A stretch of DNA of 64,000 nucleotides from the NCBI GenBank assembly GCA_963796285.1, contig CAWCKW010000012.1, positions 1,728,001-1,792,000 on the forward strand. Reading direction: 5' to 3'. A program made the position numbers and the translations under genes. The notes under the pieces were generated by a model. The model saw only the letters and a program-made list of their open reading frames with translations. It was not told the origin of the DNA and did no database searches. The first letter of the stretch is position 1; every line of letters starts with the position of its first letter. Shown here piece after piece: positions 31,537 to 41,669 of this stretch. This stretch comes from Nitrospirota bacterium (GTDB lineage Bacteria > Nitrospirota > UBA9217).

Positions 31537-31628
31537 GCTAAGTCAGGTACCTGTTTAGATTGATGCTCTCCGATTAAAACGATATGTTTTAACAATCAGA
31601 TCATGTATGCAAGAAAGGAGGTCTTCCG

Positions 31629-31691
31629 ATGACTATTAAAAAGGTAACGAAAAAAATGGCAGTCACGTGCAAGTGTAAAAGTTCCTGCTAA
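31629..31691 (+). CDS. 20-aa Cys-tipped peptide, putative RiPP precursor (MTIKKVTKKMAVTCKCKSSC)
   Basis: Strong SD AAGGAGGT 6 nt before the ATG; lies between the rSAM stop and a terminator. Confidence 0.75.
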   Translation: MTIKKVTKKMAVTCKCKSSC

Positions 31692-31717
31692 GAGTGATAA
31701 ACGATCTAGGTAATACG

Positions 31718-31745
31718 AGCCCGGCATGGAATGTCGGGCTTTTTT
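31718..31745 (+). terminator. Rho-independent terminator after the peptide gene
   Basis: AGCCCGGCA-tggaa-TGTCGGGCT followed by TTTTT. Confidence 0.85.
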
Positions 31746-31815
31746 ATTCCACTTCGAATGACAGATGCACTGTTTACCTGTTTCTATCAGCTGTCAGGTA
31801 TGCTCGTAGAGGATT

Positions 31816-32772
31816 ATGACGCCTATTGAGATGCGGAGATCGGACGAAACGAGACGCAGGCCTGTGCTCCTCATCGGCGGCAAGGGCGGAGTGGGCAAAA
31901 CGACCTGTTCTGCTGCGATCGCCGTGCAGCTCGCGTCCCGAGGTCTTAGAACGCTGATCATCACCTCCGACCTGACCCCCTCGCTGTCCGATGTCTTTGA
32001 AAAAAAGATCGGCGACACCATCACCACGATAGACGAAAATCTTCATGCCTATGAGATCAGCCAGGACGCCATCGCAAGCCGGTGGAAGAGCAAATTCGGA
32101 CCCGACTTCTATGATATCCTCGCCCACCTCATCGAGGTGGACGCGCTCGACGCTGAATCGCGCCATCAGCTTCTTGACTACATCGGGTCCGCTCCATCCC
32201 TGCGGGAAGAGACCATGCTCGACATCATCATGGAGATGGCGGGGAGCAGGGGGTATGACCGGGTCGTCTGGGACACCGCGCCTGCGGGTGAAACGCTCAA
32301 CCTCCTCGGCATGCCGAAGAACATCAGGAAGCATCTCCGGGCCGGCGCAAAGGTCTACGAGGGACTGGACAGGATCGGGAAACAGCTCAGCGGAAAACGC
32401 TCTATTGCGGGCATCATGGACGAGTGGACAGCATTGTCAGAAAAAATCAGTCGATTCATTCACGAGAAGTCAATGTTCGTTATCGTGGCAAATCCCGAGG
32501 CCCTGGTGGTGAACCAGGCCCGCAGGCTCATGACGACCCTCCTGGAATACAATCTCACGGTCCACGGCATGATCATCAACCGTGTGATCGAACATCCTGA
32601 TTCGGCATCACTTGCAGCGATCCGGGAAACTCAGAAAGGGCATATCGAGGAGCTGAGAAGGATGGCGGGAGAACGTACCGTTGTCACCCTCCCCTTTTCG
32701 TTCAGCGAGATCACGGGAGTGAGACAGCTTCAGGATATCGGGAAAAGGCTCGCAGCCGGGCTCTCGCTGTAA
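31816..32772 (+). CDS. ArsA/GET3-family ATPase (single domain)
   Basis: GGKGGVGKTT deviant Walker A, SLSD, DTAPAG switch II and IINRV motifs. Confidence 0.9.
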   Translation: MTPIEMRRSDETRRRPVLLIGGKGGVGKTTCSAAIAVQLASRGLRTLIITSDLTPSLSDVFEKKIGDTITTIDENLHAYEISQDAIASRWKSKFGPDFYDILAHLIEVDALDAESRHQLLDYIGSAPSLREETMLDIIMEMAGSRGYDRVVWDTAPAGETLNLLGMPKNIRKHLRAGAKVYEGLDRIGKQLSGKRSIAGIMDEWTALSEKISRFIHEKSMFVIVANPEALVVNQARRLMTTLLEYNLTVHGMIINRVIEHPDSASLAAIRETQKGHIEELRRMAGERTVVTLPFSFSEITGVRQLQDIGKRLAAGLSL

Positions 32773-32787
32773 ACTGTTATCACGATG

Positions 32788-33882
32788 TTAGACGTTGAAC
32801 CGGAACAGCATGATATCACCGTCCTTCACTACGTAGTCCTTGCCTTCGGAACGGAGCAGGCCCGCTGCCTTGATTGCCTGTTCGGTCTTCAGCCTCATCA
32901 GGTCGTCAAAGTGGAAGACCTCCGCCCGAATGAACCCCTTTTCAAAATCCGAGTGTATCTTGCCCGCGGCCTGCGGCGCCTTGGTGCCTTTCGTAATGGT
33001 CCAGGCCCGCACTTCGTCCTTGCCTGCCGTGAAGTATGTCTGAAGTCCAAGAAGATCGTAGCCCGCACGAATCATCCGGTCAAGGCCCGATTCCTTGAGC
33101 CCCATGCCCGCGAGATACTCCTTGCGCTCCTCCAAAGGGAGTTGGGCAATCTCGCCCTCCACCTGACCCGAGATGACCACGATTTTGGCGCCCTCGATAT
33201 CCGCGATTGCCCGAACCGCGTCCACGAACGGGTTCGGCTTGTCCACCATGCCTTCGGCCACGTTCGCCACATAGAGCACCGGCTTGGCGGACAACAAAGA
33301 ATAGTTTTTAAGCCATACGGTCTCTTCTTCCGAATGGCTTGCGCGGCGGATGGGCTGGCCCTTCGCGAGCATATCCTTGATCCGGCGCATGAACTCCACT
33401 TCATCAACGGTCTTCTTGTCCGCTGTCTTGACCAGCTTCTCGGCCTTGTACAGCCGCTTCTCGATCGCGTCGAGGTCCGCGAGCATTAGTTCCGCCTCTA
33501 TCACTTCGATGTCCGCTTTCGGATCGACCTTGTTCGCAACGTGAATAACGTTCGGGTCTTCGAAACAGCGGACCACGTGCGCGATGGCGTCCACTTCGCG
33601 GATATTGGCGAGGAATTTGTTCCCGAGCCCCTCACCCTGGGAAGCGCCTTTGACGAGCCCGGCGATGTCCACGAACTCCATGTTCGTTGGCGTCACTTTT
33701 TTAGGTACATAGATCTCGGCCAGGCGGTCGAGCCGCTCGTCAGGCATGTCCACCACCCCAACGTTCGGATCAATGGTGGTGAAGGGATAGTTCGATGCCT
33801 GCGCGCCCGCGGAGGTGAGCGCGTTGAAGATGGTGGACTTGCCTACGTTCGGCAGTCCGACGATGCCGCAGTTGAAACCCAT
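32788..33882 (-). CDS. ychF: Redox-regulated ATPase YchF
   Basis: [28 protein letters not shown] and TGS domain. Confidence 0.97.
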   Translation of the reverse strand: MGFNCGIVGLPNVGKSTIFNALTSAGAQASNYPFTTIDPNVGVVDMPDERLDRLAEIYVPKKVTPTNMEFVDIAGLVKGASQGEGLGNKFLANIREVDAIAHVVRCFEDPNVIHVANKVDPKADIEVIEAELMLADLDAIEKRLYKAEKLVKTADKKTVDEVEFMRRIKDMLAKGQPIRRASHSEEETVWLKNYSLLSAKPVLYVANVAEGMVDKPNPFVDAVRAIADIEGAKIVVISGQVEGEIAQLPLEERKEYLAGMGLKESGLDRMIRAGYDLLGLQTYFTAGKDEVRAWTITKGTKAPQAAGKIHSDFEKGFIRAEVFHFDDLMRLKTEQAIKAAGLLRSEGKDYVVKDGDIMLFRFNV

Positions 33883-33943
33883 ACAGACTCCTTTTCGTGA
33901 ATCTGTATCGTAAATCAAAACGTTAATGCTCAGGTCAAAATAT

Positions 33944-34029
33944 CATCCACAGATTACGCTGATTTCACAGATTACATGCGAACCTGAATTGTACTTTAAA
34001 ATCTGCGTTCATCTGCGCAATCTGCGGAT
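33944..34029. repeat. 9-nt-period inverted-repeat element (CAGAT / ATCTG)
   Basis: atccacagattacgctgatttcacagatt...aatctgcgttcatctgcgcaatctgcggat. Confidence 0.75.
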
Positions 34030-34093
34030 AGAACGTTTTTGCGTGTAACATACTTCAGGTTCCCGATATGCCGAATAGTTACTTCAAGACAAT

Positions 34094-34137
34094 AAAAAAC
34101 CCGGAGCTGTCGGAATGGTCCTTCAGGTCCGGGTTTC
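34094..34137 (-). terminator. Possible terminator after pth
   Basis: AAACCCGGA...TCCGGGTTT inverted repeat with a U-tract on the minus strand; the loop is unusually long. Confidence 0.4.
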
Positions 34138-34144
34138 TGAATAC

Positions 34145-34708
34145 TTACTTCTGATTAACGATATTCATTGCCCGTGTGAAGCCTTCCGCGACAATGAGCC
34201 TGACAGCTTCCGCGGCCTTAGCAACGGCCTCTGAAGCGGCCGGGCGTTCTTCGGCAAGGAACGGGCTGAGCACATAATCCGCTGGGTCCATATTCAGAGC
34301 AGGCCTGCCGATCCCGATGCGGACCCGGATGAAGTCCGGCGATCCAAGATACTCGATGAGGGAACGGAGCCCGTTGTGGCCTCCGTGGCCGCCGCCGATC
34401 TTCACGCGCACGGTCCCGAGCGGAAGATCCAGTTCATCATGGATCACCATGAGATCGGGCACCGTCGCGTAAGTCCCTCTGAGAATCGCCGCCACAGCCC
34501 TGCCGCTTTCATTCATAAATGTCTGCGGCTTGGCAAGAACCGCGGACTCGGAATCGATCCGGGTTTTCCCGATCAGAGCGTGGTATTTATCCTGCGCAAC
34601 ATCAACATGCAGGTTGTTAGCAAGCTCGTCGAGAGCCATAAAGCCTGCGTTGTGGCGCGTACGTTCGTACTTTTTGCCCGGGTTGCCGAGCCCGACGATG
34701 ATCTTCAT
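34145..34708 (-). CDS. pth: Peptidyl-tRNA hydrolase
   Basis: GLGNPG, TRHNAG, KPQTFMN, HDELD and GGHNG motifs. Confidence 0.97.
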   Translation of the reverse strand: MKIIVGLGNPGKKYERTRHNAGFMALDELANNLHVDVAQDKYHALIGKTRIDSESAVLAKPQTFMNESGRAVAAILRGTYATVPDLMVIHDELDLPLGTVRVKIGGGHGGHNGLRSLIEYLGSPDFIRVRIGIGRPALNMDPADYVLSPFLAEERPAASEAVAKAAEAVRLIVAEGFTRAMNIVNQK

Positions 34709-34737
34709 GCAATCCCCGGAGAACTACGCCCGATCCG

Positions 34738-35499
34738 TTACTTCTTCGGAGCAGCCTTGGGAGCGGCCGCAGCAGCCTTCGGAGCACCGGCCTTGGGAGC
34801 AGCTTCCTTGGCTCCTTCTTTGCCCTTCGCCTCGGTAGCTTCGCCCTCGGTCTTCGGCTTCTTAACGAGTTCGGGCTCTGCGCCCTCGGTCACCTCAGCT
34901 GGAGTCGTTGTCAACATGGCCTCGAGCTTGGCTTCCGATATCGGCGGCTGGATCGTCGCAACCGTGTTGTCGCCCTCGGTCAGGATCTTGACCCCTTCAG
35001 GCGCCGTGATGTCCCGCACATGGAGGGACTCGTTCACCTTGAGGTGCTCGATATTGACATCGATGAAATCGGGGATATGGGTCGGGAGACACTCGATCTC
35101 GAGATTACGCTGCCCATACTGGAAAATACCGCCCTCCTTCACACCGGCGGCCGTGCCACTGATATGGACCGCCACCTGGAGCTTAACCTTCTCGTTCATG
35201 GCGACTTCCATGAGATCAAGATGGATCAGTTTTCCGCTGATGGGGTCCACCTGGTAGTCCTTGATCAGTGCCAGCTTATCACCCGCGCTTTTTCCGCCCT
35301 CGAGCTTGAGGTTGATGAGTGCATGCTCTCCGCCTTCGGAGTTAAGGACCTTCGAGATGTCCTTATTGATCATCACGATGGGTGTGGACTTGCCGTGACT
35401 GTAGAGGACCGCCGGGACCTGTGCGTCCCTCCGCAATCCCCGGGCAACTCCCTTGCCCACCTTTTGTCTGACTTGAGCTGTTAATGCTATCCTTTTCAT
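34738..35499 (-). CDS. rplY: 50S ribosomal protein L25/Ctc
   Basis: GKGVARGLR..VPAVLY, HLDL and GVKEGG motifs; between prs and pth. Confidence 0.95.
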   Translation of the reverse strand: MKRIALTAQVRQKVGKGVARGLRRDAQVPAVLYSHGKSTPIVMINKDISKVLNSEGGEHALINLKLEGGKSAGDKLALIKDYQVDPISGKLIHLDLMEVAMNEKVKLQVAVHISGTAAGVKEGGIFQYGQRNLEIECLPTHIPDFIDVNIEHLKVNESLHVRDITAPEGVKILTEGDNTVATIQPPISEAKLEAMLTTTPAEVTEGAEPELVKKPKTEGEATEAKGKEGAKEAAPKAGAPKAAAAAPKAAPKK

Positions 35500-35673
35500 G
35501 TTTCCTCCGATACAAGTAATGAAACGTTATACATAACCCGGACAAACCGGAACCAACTTTTCCCTAAACTGCGCAACGACATAAAAACTTAAACCGCGTA
35601 CATGAGACTGCACACGCTGCATGAATTATTTCATGTTGTTGTTTCTTTGCGGCTGCTTTACGCTTGTATCCTC

Positions 35674-36625
35674 TTACACGAACAATGAGCTGAGCGATGT
35701 TTCCTCGTGGATCCTCTGTGATCGCGTCGGCAAGGAGCTGTGCCACGGAAAGCACCGTCAGCTTCTTGCATTCCTGCTGTTTACTGTCAAGCGCGATAGT
35801 GTTCGTCGTGATCAGCTCTTCGAGCGTCGATTCATTAACGCGCTTGATCGCCGGGCCCGAGAGCACCGCGTGCGAACAGGCCGCGCTGATCGTACCCGCC
35901 CCGTTGGCCTTGAGCGCGGCAGCGCCTTCGGTCAGCGTTCCGGCGGTGTCCACCATGTCGTCCAGCAGCAGGCAGTCATGCCCTTTAACATCGCCGATAA
36001 TGTGCATGACCTGCGCCTCGTTCGGTTTGTCCCGCCGCTTGTCAATGATCGCAAGCGCCGCATTGAGCCGCTTGGCGAATGCACGCGCCCGCTCCACGCC
36101 GCCGGCGTCGGGCGAAACGACGGTCAGATTGTTGAACTTCTTCGACCGAAGATACTCGAGGAGCACCGGTGCGGCAAACAGGTTGTCCACCGGGATATTG
36201 AAGAAGCCCTGTATCTGGCCCGCATGCAGGTCCACGGTAAGGACCCGGTTTGCGCCCGCGGTCGTGATCAGATCGGCCACGAGCTTGGATGTGATCGGGA
36301 CACGCGGCTGCACCTTCCGGTCCTGCCGGCTGTATCCGTAATAGGGGAGCACCGCTGTGATGCGGGTCGCCGACGCCCTCTTGAGCGCATCTATCATGAT
36401 CAGCAATTCCATGAGGTTCCGGTTCACCGGGCTCGCCGTGGGCTGTACGACGAAGACGTCCATGCCGCGCACGTTGTCCACGATCTGGACATTGATCTCG
36501 CCGTCGCTGAACCGGCCTACCAGCGCGTTCCCAAGCGGGATGCCCATCTTCTGGCAGATTTCCTTTGCCAGTGCCTGGTTTGCGTTACCCGAAAAAATCT
36601 TTATTTCCCGTGATCTCACCATCAT
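35674..36625 (-). CDS. prs: Ribose-phosphate pyrophosphokinase (frameshift about 12 codons from the end)
   Basis: FSDGE, YSRQDRK, DLHAGQ, SPDAGG and DDMVDTAGT motifs. The canonical ending [13 protein letters not shown] is in a shifted frame. Confidence 0.96.
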
Positions 36626-36650
36626 CTCATTCTTCCTCTTTTCCGAATAC

Positions 36651-36724
36651 TGGTTCGGGGACAGGGATTCGAACCCCGATAAAAGGCTTCAAAGGCCTCT
36701 GTCCTACCATTAGACGATCCCCGA
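36651..36724 (-). tRNA. tRNA-Gln(UUG)
   Basis: TCGGGGATCGTCTAATGGTAGGACAGAGGCC-T-TTG-AAGCCTTTTATCGGGGTTCGAATCCCTGTCCCCGAACCA: D-loop TGGTA, TTCGAATCC, encoded CCA; usual position upstream of prs. Confidence 0.96.
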
Positions 36725-36948
36725 TCAAAGGCCGACTCCGGGCCTGGCCACGGGCAGGATAAGCCCCGTTAGAGAACAACGGCGAAATGAAACAAGTCCT
36801 TTTGCCGACGAGAACTATCCAATCAAAGAGACGTTCAACCTGGACGAAAGCGGGCTGCATGCTCGAACGCGGTAAACATCAAAGGATAGGCAGGCGCCTA
36901 TCCTCTCGTATCAGATGCAGAATCGGCAATACGTATATCAATAGGTTC

Positions 36949-37251
36949 TTATCGCTCTTCGGAAACTTTCGGCGCTTGTTCCCGCTGTGTGGGATTGGCC
37001 AGCTCACTTTCGTATTCAGCAAGGACCTTCTTTTCTATCATCTGCCTCGTCTCGCTGTTCAGCGGATGGGCGATGTCCTTGAATGTCCCGTCCTTCATCT
37101 TGCGGCTCGGCATGGCCACAAACAATCCAGCGTTGCCGTTTATAACGCGCAGATCCCTGATCAGGAACACGTTGTCGATTGTTATGGTTGCATAGGCCTT
37201 GAGTCGCTCTTCATTATTGACCGGGAAAACCCTCACTTCCGTGATGTCCAT
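36949..37251 (-). CDS. spoVG: SpoVG
   Basis: MDITEVRV, LKAYA, GLFVAMPSRK and DIAHP motifs. Confidence 0.96.
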   Translation of the reverse strand: MDITEVRVFPVNNEERLKAYATITIDNVFLIRDLRVINGNAGLFVAMPSRKMKDGTFKDIAHPLNSETRQMIEKKVLAEYESELANPTQREQAPKVSEER

Positions 37252-37326
37252 AGACTCCCCTTCATACAGAAGACAGAAGAAGCGTGGTTATATGGTAGAT
37301 CCTGAATATCCCGGAACGACGTACAG

Positions 37327-38196
37327 CTATCCCGCATGAAACTCCGCGAGCGGTGATTCGGTCAATGTTTTCACAGGATAAAGCCTCCATCCCTCAGGGG
37401 AAAGGCCATCCGCGGCGGCCCGGCATGCGGTCTCGGTCTCAAATATGCCGAAGACCGTCGGTCCGCTTCCGCTCATGAGAGCGCCCACGGCCCCCCGGTC
37501 CAAAAGTGCGGCTTTGATCCTGTTGATCACCGGGTGAGCGGCCGCGGTAACGGACTCAAGATCGTTATGGAGCCCTAGGGCGATATTGCGGAGATTAAGC
37601 CTTGAGATTTTATTACAGCCAGCTTTTTTTGTCAACCTCAAATTTACATTATTGTAGACCCAGGCCGTGGAGGTCTCAAACCCCGGATTGACGAGTAAAA
37701 CCCGGAATTGCGTCAACGGGGGCAGTTCCGTGAGGATTTCTCCCCTCCCGCGGGCAATGGCCGTCGGCCCATAAAAGAAAAAAGGCACATCCATGCCGAT
37801 GCGGGCGCCGATCTCAGCCAGCCGGTCACGGTCAAGGTCCATGCCCAGCAGCCTGTTTGTTGCCGCGAGCACGGCCGCGGCATTGCCGCTCCCTCCACCG
37901 AGCCCCGCTGCGACCGGAATATTTTTTTTGATCTCGATAGCCAGGCCGGCCTTCTTACCGGAGATCCTGAGCATTTCCGCTGCCGCCTTCCATGCAATGT
38001 TCCCCTCCCCGGAGGGTACGGCACGGCTGTCACATCGCACGCTGATGCCCGTTCCGCCGATCGACACGGTCACCTCATCGAAGAGCCCCACCATCTGCAT
38101 CAGCATTTCCACGTCGTGGTATCCGTCCGGTCTCCTGCCGAGCACGGACAAACAGAGATTGATCTTCGCCGGAGACTGAAGCGTGATCGTGTTCAT
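37327..38196 (-). CDS. ispE: 4-(cytidine 5'-diphospho)-2-C-methyl-D-erythritol kinase
   Basis: PAKINL, DGYH, IPVAAGLGGGS and MSGSG motifs. Confidence 0.96.
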   Translation of the reverse strand: MNTITLQSPAKINLCLSVLGRRPDGYHDVEMLMQMVGLFDEVTVSIGGTGISVRCDSRAVPSGEGNIAWKAAAEMLRISGKKAGLAIEIKKNIPVAAGLGGGSGNAAAVLAATNRLLGMDLDRDRLAEIGARIGMDVPFFFYGPTAIARGRGEILTELPPLTQFRVLLVNPGFETSTAWVYNNVNLRLTKKAGCNKISRLNLRNIALGLHNDLESVTAAAHPVINRIKAALLDRGAVGALMSGSGPTVFGIFETETACRAAADGLSPEGWRLYPVKTLTESPLAEFHAG

Positions 38197-38966
38197 GGTA
38201 CGTCTGCCCCCTGATCCGAAAGCGTAAACGCATCGTCAGTAATGGGCATATTCACATCCACTTCGGCGTACTCGATCGTGATCGTCACGCCCTTCGCGGG
38301 ATTCTCTATAATGATGGTCCTGGGCAAAAGAACATGCGATACTTCCTGCATGCGTTCATACCGTATCCGGTACACAAGTGTGTTCGACCGGTAAAGCTCT
38401 TCAACAGCGATCCTGACCGCCGCCGGCGTTGATGAAGGAGGCAGCACATGGATGCGCCGCACCGTGTCCGCCTCAGGCAGTTCGATCACGCAGGAGCTGT
38501 TCTGCGTGCAGAACACCCGTGCGTCCAAGGGCCGGGAGATCTCCGTGATCGTGCCGGAGAAGATGGCACAGAGGTCCTTAGCCTCCACGCTCATACCGAG
38601 AAGTTTCTCGATCCCGGCCTGTCCAGGTTTCATGATCCTGTCGTCGTCCTGCATGCGCAGCAACACGTCGTTGCCGTCCCATACAAGCGCGATGAGGGAC
38701 TGACCCAGGGGCCCGACGGCTTCCACCCGGAGCCTGCGCTGGGCGTCGAGCACGATACCCACTGTATCGAAAAAGCGTTTTTTCCCCCGCCTGACCACCT
38801 CAACGCTCGCGATCGCCCTAAGTCCGGTGAAGGACTGACGCTGCGCCTCCAACGCCCTGACGAGCGGACCGGCAGGGACCTCGGTCCCGGGAATCTCGGT
38901 TTTTTTAGGGAGACACGAGAACAGAAACAGCACAGCAATGAGGGCGATGAGTCGGCGGGACTTCAC
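38193..38966 (-). CDS. Lipoprotein of LolB/LolA-like fold (DUF4292-like)
   Basis: Lipobox LFSC; occupies the lolB position between the TPR gene and ispE. Confidence 0.65.
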   Translation of the reverse strand: MKSRRLIALIAVLFLFSCLPKKTEIPGTEVPAGPLVRALEAQRQSFTGLRAIASVEVVRRGKKRFFDTVGIVLDAQRRLRVEAVGPLGQSLIALVWDGNDVLLRMQDDDRIMKPGQAGIEKLLGMSVEAKDLCAIFSGTITEISRPLDARVFCTQNSSCVIELPEADTVRRIHVLPPSSTPAAVRIAVEELYRSNTLVYRIRYERMQEVSHVLLPRTIIIENPAKGVTITIEYAEVDVNMPITDDAFTLSDQGADVP

Positions 38967-40711
38967 TTCTTTCCTTTTTTCCTCGGTTTCACGTCCTTGA
39001 GCAGGTCATCGGGATTCCCGAACCGTGCCTCCTTGAACTTCTTGCGGAGCTTTTGGTTCGTGGGATCGATCTCCAGGGCCTTGAGCCACTGAGTTCTGGC
39101 ATTGTCCTTTTGGGAAAGCTTCAGGTAAATGTCTCCGAGGTGCTCGCGCATCACGGGGTCCTCATCAATCTTCGCGACCGCCTTTTTCATGACATCCAGC
39201 GCCTCGTTCAGCATTCCCTTCTGATAATAGGCCCAGGCAAGGCTGTCGAGGATGTAGCCGTTATCGGGCTTGACCAGGAGCGCACGCTTGATGAGCTGTA
39301 TCGACTCGTCGAGGTTCTCTCCCTTTTCGGCATAGGAATAACCCAGGTAGTTCAAGGCGTCCGCGTCGTCCGGCTTGAGTTCGATCGTCTTTTTGAGCGT
39401 AGCAAGCATCTCGTCGCGCTTGCCCTGCTTTTCATATGCGATGGCCAGACTGAACAGCAGGTCGTCCCGGTCGGGCGCCATCTGAAATCCTCTGATCAAG
39501 GTATCAACGGCCTGCTGGTATTTTTCAACGTCCATATACGCATTGGCAAGATACAGGTACAGCTCCGGTTTCCCGGGCTGTTCGGCGAGGGCTTTCTCCA
39601 GAAGCGGTACGGCTTCCGCGGTCCTGCCCATCTGCGCATAAAGGTATGCGATCTGCAGGACCAGGTCAGTGTCCTCGGGCGCGGCTGACAGGAGGGCCTG
39701 ATATTCCGCGAGCGCCTCCTCATACCGTTCCACGGCCACCAGAGTTGAGGCAAGGTAACGCTTGACCCTCAGGTCCTTTGGCAAGGCGCGCGAAACGGTC
39801 TCGAATGCCTCCACGGCCTCTCCATACTTCTTCTGCTCGGCATAGATGAGGCCCATCTTGACAACAGCGTCATAGTTATTAGGATCCATGGCAATCACCC
39901 GTTTCAGCTGTTCCAGTGCTTCTGGAAGCGCGTTCTGCTGAATATAGAGCTGGGCGAGGTGCTGCTGGATTTCGGAGTTGTGGGGATTGAGCTCGATGGC
40001 TTTTTTATATGCCACGATGGCGTCCCCCACGTTGTCCATCAGCTCATAGACGAACGCCATGCCGATGTATGCCGGCTCGAAATCGTCCCGGATGGAGATC
40101 GAGCGTTTATATTCAGCCAGCGCTTCCTTATACATCTGCCGCTCTGTGTAGATCCGGCCGAGATAATAGGGTGACATGAGCAAGGCGGGATTGATTTTAT
40201 CGAGGGCATGGAATGTCTCTACCGCTTCATCGTAGCGCTTCATAGATGCGTACAGTGAACCAAGATAGAGGTAGGCGTCCTCCTGCTTCGGATTGGCCGC
40301 GATGACCTTGCGGTAGGTATTCACTGCATCGTCAAATTTCTTTTTGCCCGTATAGATGGTGGCAAGGATCATGAGCGGCTGCGGGTTGTCCGGCTGGAGC
40401 TCCGCCGCCTGCTGCGCAAAACGGGTTGCCTGGTCGAGTTCCCCCTTGCGGAGATAAAGGGACGCGAGAGAGATCGCGACTTCAGCCGCGATCGGATCCA
40501 GCCGGAACGCTTCTTCATATTCCTCTATGGCAGCATCGAACGCTCCACCCTCTTCGGCGATACTGCCGCGCATAAAATGGTAATAGGCATCGGCCTGGGT
40601 ACGTTCTTCGGAGCTCATCCTGGCGGATGCGGTTTCAGGCATCCTGACGGAAAACCCGGCGCAGGAAGAAACAAAAAGGGACAAGGAAAGAATCAATAAG
40701 ATCTTTTTCAT
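38963..40711 (-). CDS. Multi-TPR lipoprotein
   Basis: Lipobox VSSC, many TPRs, ALNYLGYS, ILDSLAWAYY and EHLGDIY motifs. Confidence 0.9.
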   Translation of the reverse strand: MKKILLILSLSLFVSSCAGFSVRMPETASARMSSEERTQADAYYHFMRGSIAEEGGAFDAAIEEYEEAFRLDPIAAEVAISLASLYLRKGELDQATRFAQQAAELQPDNPQPLMILATIYTGKKKFDDAVNTYRKVIAANPKQEDAYLYLGSLYASMKRYDEAVETFHALDKINPALLMSPYYLGRIYTERQMYKEALAEYKRSISIRDDFEPAYIGMAFVYELMDNVGDAIVAYKKAIELNPHNSEIQQHLAQLYIQQNALPEALEQLKRVIAMDPNNYDAVVKMGLIYAEQKKYGEAVEAFETVSRALPKDLRVKRYLASTLVAVERYEEALAEYQALLSAAPEDTDLVLQIAYLYAQMGRTAEAVPLLEKALAEQPGKPELYLYLANAYMDVEKYQQAVDTLIRGFQMAPDRDDLLFSLAIAYEKQGKRDEMLATLKKTIELKPDDADALNYLGYSYAEKGENLDESIQLIKRALLVKPDNGYILDSLAWAYYQKGMLNEALDVMKKAVAKIDEDPVMREHLGDIYLKLSQKDNARTQWLKALEIDPTNQKLRKKFKEARFGNPDDLLKDVKPRKKGKK

Positions 40712-40874
40712 GATTGTAAGTCTAATCGAACGAATAGTGTGTGTCAAGGAGACCGTCCTCTGATTGATGTGTCATTATTTTTTTAAAGCTGTTCAGTTCT
40801 GTATGAGACAAGGCAGTACGTTGAGAGCAAAAAGAGACAAGCTGCGGATACTGTTTTGGCCTGAGCAGATATAA

Positions 40875-41663
40875 TTATCGTTTAGTCCACTCTTTGTTAT
40901 TCGACATGAGCTGCTTCACGCGCGCCAGGCTTGTCTCAATATCCTCTTTATCGTGTGCTTCAATAGTAAAAACCGGCATCGGGGCATGAGCGTTCATCAG
41001 GCTGAAAAATTTTTCAAAATTAATGGTGCCCCGCCCCAGGGCCCAATGCGAGTCTGCCTTCCCATCGTTATCATGCAAATGGACCTCCACCAGATGGCGT
41101 CCTAAAGACTCAAACCATTGCTCCATCGTGACCTTGGAAAATAGATTGAAATGGCCTGTATCGAAACAGAACCCGAATTCCGTGCTGTCGATCTTCTCGA
41201 TGAGCATCTGAAGCGCCTCCGGATCTTCATCGAACACATTCTCGACAGCGACGCGCAGTCCGACTTTGGAGGCCGTGTCCATGACCTTCTGCCAGGTATC
41301 AATGCTGTTTTCGAGCCAGATGTCCTTCCTTCCGCTGTAACGCCACCGGTCGTAGGCAGCATGGAACACGGCAACGCGCGGTTTGAGAATGGCCGCGACG
41401 TTCAGGAGCTGTCGGAAACGCACCTGCGTCACCGACCGCACCATGGGATCCATGGCGCCGGGGTTCATGTCCATGAACGGCGCGTGGAGCGTCAATTTTG
41501 GACCCCAGTCAAGGCGCTCGATCAGCTTCTCGAGGTCCTGCCTCTCGATCTGGTCGAGGACTGCGGCGGAAAGATAGATCTCGAGGTCGTAGCGGCGCTT
41601 GCGCAACATCTCGAGATAGTCCTTCAGCTTTGGATAAGGAATGTGGATGTGTATGGGTTCCAT
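40875..41663 (-). CDS. Sugar phosphate isomerase/epimerase (AP endonuclease 2 TIM barrel)
   Basis: HAPF, VENV, DTGH and HLHDNDG..DSH motifs. Confidence 0.88.
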   Translation of the reverse strand: MEPIHIHIPYPKLKDYLEMLRKRRYDLEIYLSAAVLDQIERQDLEKLIERLDWGPKLTLHAPFMDMNPGAMDPMVRSVTQVRFRQLLNVAAILKPRVAVFHAAYDRWRYSGRKDIWLENSIDTWQKVMDTASKVGLRVAVENVFDEDPEALQMLIEKIDSTEFGFCFDTGHFNLFSKVTMEQWFESLGRHLVEVHLHDNDGKADSHWALGRGTINFEKFFSLMNAHAPMPVFTIEAHDKEDIETSLARVKQLMSNNKEWTKR

Positions 41664-41669
41664 CAGGGC

